20,000 nt of DNA, taken from an uncultured virus (IMG/VR IMGVR_UViG_3300044657_000873) (lineage: Duplodnaviria > Heunggongvirae > Uroviricota > Caudoviricetes). A program made the position numbers and the translations under genes. The notes beneath the pieces were generated by a model that saw only the letters and a list, made by a program, of their open reading frames with translations, searched no databases and was not told the DNA's origin. The stretch lies in IMG/VR virus record IMGVR_UViG_3300044657_000873. The stretch is one strand, 5' to 3'. This document shows, piece by piece, positions 15,042-20,000 of this stretch (within the stretch, counting starts at the first letter, position 1; each line of letters begins with the position of its first letter).

Positions 15042-15069
15042 ATTATACAGTACAATATCGGAATGTCAA
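15042..15069 (-). promoter_or_regulatory. sigma70-type promoter for rIIA
   Basis: TTGACA-16 nt-TATAAT. Confidence 0.8.
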
Positions 15070-15100
15070 TGGGTAAACTTAAACAATCTTCAATTGTCTT

Positions 15101-15286
15101 TTAATCAAGGTCATCTACGTCTGTTTGGTAGTAATGGCCCCCATCGAGTTTACCACCATTCTCTTTACGTTCAGCTTCATTTAAGTGGCTGCACGCATCA
15201 ATCGCCTCTTGTTTGTTCTCGTGCCGACTAACAACTGAATATCGACCATTGCTGCATTGGTAGACTCGGTATTGATCAGTAATCAT
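15101..15286 (-). CDS. Hypothetical protein
   Basis: 61-aa ORF, GGAG upstream, co-oriented with its neighbours. Confidence 0.6.
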   Translation of the reverse strand: MITDQYRVYQCSNGRYSVVSRHENKQEAIDACSHLNEAERKENGGKLDGGHYYQTDVDDLD

Positions 15287-15300
15287 TATATCTTCCTCCG

Positions 15301-15705
15301 TTATTGATTCACAGTATTATCTAATTCCTCAATTTCAATAAGTAATTTCCTCGCATCAATAAAAAGATGTGCCAGTTTTAAAAATCTCTCCCCGAAAATG
15401 TCCTCCATTGTTTTCTGCTGTTTGTGGCTTACAATCTCGACAATGATCTCGATTAGATCATCGCTCAGGTCATCACACCATTCGTCATAACAGGCTTGAA
15501 ATAACTGGTTGATAACGATTTCTTGGCGGTCTTTGATGGTCATTTTCTTTTTTCCAAACATTTGTGTCTCCGGTGGTACGAGTTTAATTATACCATAAGT
15601 ATCGTCAATGTCAATCCTCCTCTTGAATGTTTTTTCAAAATTCTTGATCGTTTGTACGATTAACCCTTTGTATAACAAAACACTGGTTAATATCTTCTCG
15701 TTCAA
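15301..15705 (-). CDS. Hypothetical protein (start uncertain)
   Basis: 134-aa ORF; the TTG start overlaps the upstream ORF by about 70 nt. Confidence 0.6.
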   Translation of the reverse strand: MNEKILTSVLLYKGLIVQTIKNFEKTFKRRIDIDDTYGIIKLVPPETQMFGKKKMTIKDRQEIVINQLFQACYDEWCDDLSDDLIEIIVEIVSHKQQKTMEDIFGERFLKLAHLFIDARKLLIEIEELDNTVNQ

Positions 15706-15838
15706 TTATCTCCCACGTTACACCGTTGTGGTTGAATGTGTCTGCTACCTTCAGCGTATCACGCAGCGAGCCAAGGCCAGCAATATCAGACTGAAAATCA
15801 TAATAATAACGCTTGTCGTCGAAAAGATCACGTTGCAT
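15635..15838 (-). CDS. Hypothetical protein
   Basis: 67-aa ORF with SD AAGGA. Confidence 0.55.
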   Translation of the reverse strand: MQRDLFDDKRYYYDFQSDIAGLGSLRDTLKVADTFNHNGVTWEIIEREDINQCFVIQRVNRTNDQEF

Positions 15839-15857
15839 AACTCTTATCCTTTAAATA

Positions 15858-16409
15858 TTAACAACTCATTTCTGTCCATTCAAGTTCATCACAATTCCCA
15901 AACAGTTTTTTGACCGCCTTGCCTTGATCGGACAATTTACGCTCGTAACAACTATCTGAGTCAAAAACTACACAAGCAACACCTTTTGGTACATCCCAAC
16001 CATTGTTGCGACCTGAACCCCAAGCGGTAACTTCTTGGATGTGTGGCAGATCATTTGCATGTGGGCAAGCATCAAGAATACTGACAAATAAATCTTGCAC
16101 CAAGCTATCTTTCTTGACCCAACACTCGCCGTACTTGGAGACCTCGCCACCAACCTCTACCGTGGATTCGATGACTTCTCTGATCTCGTCCAATTTCATG
16201 GACCTTTTTAGATCGCCAAGAGGCTTGAAAGTTGATGCAATCTCTTGTTTCCACTCGTCCTCAAGATTCTGGTTTGCGTCTACTACAAGGTTTTGGTGGA
16301 AAGTTAGACAAGCAGCAACAACACTTGCCTTGCTCTTGCCGTTGATAACACGCAGAAATTCGTCTAAGGTGAAGATAACACCACGACCAGAAAAAATATC
16401 CAATCCCAT
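15858..16409 (-). CDS. Hypothetical protein (start likely ATG 16409, MGLDIF; alternative GTG 16460)
   Basis: Long ORF, AAGGA SD before ATG 16409, promoter immediately upstream. Confidence 0.7.
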   Translation of the reverse strand: MGLDIFSGRGVIFTLDEFLRVINGKSKASVVAACLTFHQNLVVDANQNLEDEWKQEIASTFKPLGDLKRSMKLDEIREVIESTVEVGGEVSKYGECWVKKDSLVQDLFVSILDACPHANDLPHIQEVTAWGSGRNNGWDVPKGVACVVFDSDSCYERKLSDQGKAVKKLFGNCDELEWTEMSC

Positions 16410-16467
16410 AATACTGTCCTTTGCTAAGTCGTTAAAAAAAGCGTGACAATTGCTTGCCACGCTATTT

Positions 16468-16495
16468 ATTATATCATACTTATCGTCGAAGTCAA
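16468..16495 (-). promoter_or_regulatory. sigma70-type promoter
   Basis: TTGACT-16 nt-TATAAT. Confidence 0.7.
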
Positions 16496-16505
16496 GGGGT
16501 CATCT

Positions 16506-16856
16506 TTAGAATTTTCCTTGTTTTTGGTGATTTTGATAAATAACCTTGGTTTCTTCATCATTTAAGACCAATTCTTTAGCTTGCTCAATGGTGATTTTCA
16601 ATCTTTTTGCTCTTCTAAGATGATCTGCCATATTATTAAGTGTAGTTCCAGACACCCAACCTTCGCCCTTTTGAACAGGAGCAGGTTTTGGTGCTGGTTC
16701 TGGTGCAGGTTCTTCTGCTACTGGTTCAGGTTTGGGTTTTGTTTTTTTAGCGTCCCAGTGACCAAATCTTGAACTGGATGTTGCTGATGCGGATTCGACG
16801 CTCCAAATCTTGTCTACGTTCTTACCAGCGGGGTTTCTTTTTTCTTCATTAGACAT
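16506..16856 (-). CDS. Hypothetical protein with Pro/Glu/Lys-rich linker
   Basis: 116 aa, SD AAGGAG. Confidence 0.7.
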   Translation of the reverse strand: MSNEEKRNPAGKNVDKIWSVESASATSSSRFGHWDAKKTKPKPEPVAEEPAPEPAPKPAPVQKGEGWVSGTTLNNMADHLRRAKRLKITIEQAKELVLNDEETKVIYQNHQKQGKF

Positions 16857-16874
16857 ATTTAGTCTCCTTATAAG

Positions 16875-17132
16875 TTAGTTGGACTTTTTCCACGAAAATA
16901 AATTGTTGAGCCACTTTTTACGCTCTTTACAGTTGCACTCTTTTAAGTTAAACCACGATTTAAATCGCTCTTCTGTGACACCAAAAGACTGCAAAGTTGA
17001 TTCCACAATGTCACCCAATCCGGTGACTTCTGATTCTGTGCTGTTAAATTTTACTCCCTTTTTCTTCAGATCATCAATTACTGGTTGCATTTCCTCTTTT
17101 AATTCTTGATTTTGCTGTGGAGTAATCGACAT
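16875..17132 (-). CDS. Small phage hypothetical protein with a GLGD...CxC..R...LN motif
   Basis: GLGDIVE...ECNCKERKKWLN; G-rich SD. Confidence 0.7.
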   Translation of the reverse strand: MSITPQQNQELKEEMQPVIDDLKKKGVKFNSTESEVTGLGDIVESTLQSFGVTEERFKSWFNLKECNCKERKKWLNNLFSWKKSN

Positions 17133-17549
17133 TTTTCCCCCCTAAAGATTAAGTTTTCTTCTTTTTATGTTACACTCAAAGAAAATTACGTTTATGTTTT
17201 TAGGAATTTCTAAGAGAGTATACACAAAACAGGGGAGTTACCAAGCTATATACTTACAAGTCCATAAGATCAAAATAATCAATAAATACAGGTAATATAC
17301 TAATAACAATACTATATATACTAATAACAGAAGTATGATGAATATGTTTAACTGGTTTGTTGTTCATAATATGTTAATACACCACCTCAACAAACAACAA
17401 GTAAATTATAATTATGCTAAAAACACAGTAAAAACGCATCATTTAGCTCTATTTAGTGTGTAAAAGCCTCTTTTTGTATAGTGTGTATGGTACATGTATT
17501 AGTAGATATATAACTCATATTTGCCTGACTATGCTCATGCTTGCGACTG

Positions 17550-17605
17550 GGATGGATAGGGCTAAGACTATTCGGATGGATAGGGCTAAGACAATCGGTA
17601 TGGAT
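17550..17605. repeat. About 2.4 copies of a 23-24 bp tandem repeat
   Basis: GGATGGATAGGGCTAAGACTATTC / GGATGGATAGGGCTAAGACAATC / GGTATGGAT. Confidence 0.85.
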
Positions 17606-18045
17606 TAGGTGCGACTAGATTTTCGTCGTTTCGGGGCCGGATCAGTCATATTTTTTAACAGCAAAATTTTACATGGTGATCTTATGATACTGTCTAAAAG
17701 AGGAGAGGGGCAACTTTTACCCATGTAAAGATAATTATATCCAGAATCTCCATGAGCATGTATACCTTGATTGTCAGTATACTCAACTTTGTATTTTCCT
17801 CTGTTAACGAAATATGCTCGCTCACCTTCACTATCTTCATAGTATGGCCCAGAGCCGCCCACAACTTTGATCCAATCGCCTTTTTGTAGAGTCTTAAAAT
17901 TTTCTACTTGTTTTTTACGGATGCCCTTTGGTTTTTTCTTCATTGTAAATTCTTGCCCACAACTCTTACATTCATAACTACGCACACCATTGGCTGTATT
18001 ACAATGTGAACATATCTTTTGACCACGCTTAACTTTTACTGTCAT
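17605..18045 (-). CDS. Basic hypothetical protein with N-terminal zinc ribbon
   Basis: CSHC...CKSC; SD AAGGAG. Confidence 0.75.
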   Translation of the reverse strand: MTVKVKRGQKICSHCNTANGVRSYECKSCGQEFTMKKKPKGIRKKQVENFKTLQKGDWIKVVGGSGPYYEDSEGERAYFVNRGKYKVEYTDNQGIHAHGDSGYNYLYMGKSCPSPLLDSIIRSPCKILLLKNMTDPAPKRRKSSRT

Positions 18046-18588
18046 TTAATTATCTCCTTTTAAAAAAGCCCTCGCCCAAGTGCAATAAAAACTGCCCATG
18101 ATACATAGCATATACATACTATAAGGACAGGGAAATATTTACGAAACCGCTGGCTGTAGCTATCTTGGCAATCTTTATTGTTAGAGTGCGACATATTATT
18201 AATCATATATTCTTTGTTAGGTGGCTCGTGTACACCATTTTGTTAGCGTCAACAATATGGTTTTGAAATACAAATTACAGCATGATACTTAATCTCTTTG
18301 ACCCACGACTCTTCCCGGATCGATCTAAACAGAGCCATCTTAAATATCTCCCAGTTCACGCCATCTAGCGACCACACTACCGGAGTGTCACCACACTCAT
18401 CGCGGTCAAGGTTTGGCGGGCCTTTCTCAACTTTAATTTCCTGCAATTTACTCACCTCCATTATGATATTTGAAAGGGTTCTTTATGTTCTTTGAGATCT
18501 TATAATTGTGCTATTCTCACTGACTGTTAAACATGTTTCGATTGGTATTGTTAGAGTAAGACGAATCCTTGTAAGGTACTGTTCTACT

Positions 18589-18617
18589 ATTATAATGTAT
18601 GTATCGTCATATGTCAA
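18589..18617 (-). promoter_or_regulatory. sigma70-type promoter
   Basis: TTGACA-17 nt-TATAAT. Confidence 0.8.
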
Positions 18618-18859
18618 GGGGGTACTTTAATAAAATATTGAAAATGGCTGACTATAGATAACTTGGCGATATTATTAGTTAGGCTAATACATAGATACTC
18701 TCGATTTGAATTGTGTCTCGAAATCAGTCGAAAACGAGACACAAAGTGTTTTGTGTCTTACAGACGAGACACTATGCACAATAACCTAGAATTCGCAACA
18801 CACGAAAACCGCTGGCTGTGCGTATCTGTGCGATATGTGTAGATAGAGTGCGACACTCT

Positions 18860-18887
18860 ATTGTACCATATTGTTCCTAGATGTCAA
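18860..18887 (-). promoter_or_regulatory. sigma70-type promoter
   Basis: TTGACA-16 nt-TACAAT. Confidence 0.6.
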
Positions 18888-18920
18888 GGGGTCTACATTA
18901 TCGGCGGTATAAATAGTACG

Positions 18921-19053
18921 TAAGTCTATACAGGACATATACTTAGATATACACATAGTTTTTTTGATATTGACGTAAGTTGTTGATATATAAGGACTTA
19001 GGTGTAGTGAGGCCCGCCCCGCTCGACGCAAGTCCTTTGCTGGTAAGGACTTA
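18921..19053. repeat. Three spaced palindromes (T/C)AAGT-N15-ACTTA
   Basis: Copies at 18921-18945, 18976-19000 and 19029-19053. Confidence 0.8.
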
Positions 19054-19102
19054 CGGCGATTCGGGAAAAATTGGAAAAAAGTGTGGATTTGGGGTTGACA
19101 GC

Positions 19103-19174
19103 CTACGGCCAATCCTTCTCAGCTACCCCGTGAACAACGATAAAAATCACGCACAAAATTACAAATTGGGTCAT
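19103..19174 (-). CDS. Possible 23-aa hydrophobic peptide
   Basis: SD GGAGG, then MTQFVILCVIFIVVHGVAEKDWP*. Confidence 0.4.
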   Translation of the reverse strand: MTQFVILCVIFIVVHGVAEKDWP

Positions 19175-19188
19175 GCTACCCCTCCAAG

Positions 19189-19217
19189 AAAAAGCCCCAC
19201 CCCCGAAGGGGTGAGGC
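19189..19217 (-). terminator. Rho-independent terminator
   Basis: GCCTCACCCC-TTCG-GGGGTGGGGC followed by TTTTT; cUUCGg tetraloop. Confidence 0.9.
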
Positions 19218-19236
19218 GACTCACGAAAGGGTAAGA

Positions 19237-20000
19237 TTACGCCGCAAGTTCTAGTGCCAGAGTCTCAGCCGCGAGGACGTAGCGATCAGAGGACGCACGA
19301 AGGATTCTAGCGAAGTCGGACTTGAAGCCTTTCTTGGCTTGTGCATCGTGCTGAACGTAACCCTGAACAGCATTGAACGCTTCCCAAGCGGAGACGATCT
19401 TCTTCTCGCCAACTTGGAACGCATCGCGTCCAGTGGTTTCACGTTCTGCAACAACGCGATCCATAATAGCTTCCATCATATTCTCGAACGTGGTCACGGC
19501 ACGTTGTTTCTTCTGCTCGTGCAGAATCAACTCCTCTGCGGATGGAACGCGATCAGCGTACACCTCACGCACAAACTCGGACAGGTTAACATCACGCTGC
19601 TGCATCGCTTGAGCGGCAACAGTCATATTTTCCCAACCTTCCTCAAGTTGGCTGAAAGTCTCGACCAACTCAGTCATGCGATCACGCAAGCCGGAAGTGT
19701 GACGAATCGACACAACGCAACCGGAAACCTTCCGCATCATGGCGAGATTGTCGCAAGCGTCACGCCAGTAGCCCATGCTACCGTGGAAACCCTTACCGTC
19801 GAATCCACCGCGAATAATTACGCGAGGGAAAATGTTATCGTTAGTGCCAAAGATAGCACGACGACGATCACGGGTTGGAGCAACGGACACATAGTGGCCC
19901 TTGTTCCAATGGGTTTTGCACTCAATCTCACCATCGAACATGGTGGAAGCTGCCTCAACCAACGCACAAACGTCATCGGTGGAATGCGTAACGTAACGGG
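19237..20000 (-). CDS. DUF932/DUF945-like phage/plasmid protein, 5' end outside the window
   Basis: The frame stays open past 19962 (RYVTHSTDDVCALVE...). Motifs FDG, RDACDNL, SIRHTSGL and SAWEAFNAV. Confidence 0.65.
   Translation of the reverse strand, partial: RYVTHSTDDVCALVEAASTMFDGEIECKTHWNKGHYVSVAPTRDRRRAIFGTNDNIFPRVIIRGGFDGKGFHGSMGYWRDACDNLAMMRKVSGCVVSIRHTSGLRDRMTELVETFSQLEEGWENMTVAAQAMQQRDVNLSEFVREVYADRVPSAEELILHEQKKQRAVTTFENMMEAIMDRVVAERETTGRDAFQVGEKKIVSAWEAFNAVQGYVQHDAQAKKGFKSDFARILRASSDRYVLAAETLALELAA

Noticed and set aside
18249..18461. 70-aa minus-strand ORF
   Set aside because: No clear SD at the annotated start and no motif. It could be real since a promoter lies upstream, but it cannot be supported from the sequence alone.
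19095..19125. Plus-strand TTGACA as an antisense promoter (type I toxin-antitoxin idea)
   Set aside because: No plausible -10 box at 16-18 bp spacing.
18858..19234. ORFs 18858-19112 (-) and 18980-19234 (+)
   Set aside because: They run across palindromic sites, a promoter and a terminator, and are most likely spurious.
2750..19612. Remaining plus-strand ORFs and nested out-of-frame minus-strand ORFs in the track (e.g. 13177-13707, 16003-16446, 10701-11000, 13227-13742)
   Set aside because: They overlap better-supported genes and have no recognisable motifs or translation signals.
1..20000. Alternative genetic code (stop-codon reassignment)
   Set aside because: Conserved genes (thyX, uvsE, rIIA, rIIB, DUF1501) are full-length in the standard code, all three stop codons are used at gene ends and no suppressor tRNA is present.

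Overview
This is a segment of a large, AT-rich dsDNA bacteriophage genome. All credible genes lie on the minus strand, densely packed and often translationally coupled. Recognisable genes are a partial SAM methyltransferase, a HAD-family phosphatase, a DUF6745-like protein with its small 'QGD...QREY' partner, a Tat-exported DUF1501 protein (suggesting a planctomycete host), thyX, a UvsE UV-damage endonuclease, rIIA, rIIB and a partial DUF932-like protein. Three tRNAs (Ile2/Met-CAT, Arg-TCT, Leu-TAA) and an orphan tRNA 3' half form a cluster. About ten near-consensus sigma70 promoters are present, most sharing extra conserved flanking motifs. The most unusual features are: (1) directly behind the DUF6745/QREY pair, an array of five overlapping mini-genes built from about 82 copies of a 12-bp unit NNG-NNT-CAG-GTC (xxQV tetrapeptides); (2) a ~160-nt 6S-RNA-like hairpin with a central bubble downstream of the tRNAs; (3) a run of small ORFs joined by a repeated GGAGTTGATAAATGA junction; and (4) a repeat- and palindrome-rich non-coding region at 18.1-19.05 kb. 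Family assignments come from motif recognition by eye, with no database searches.
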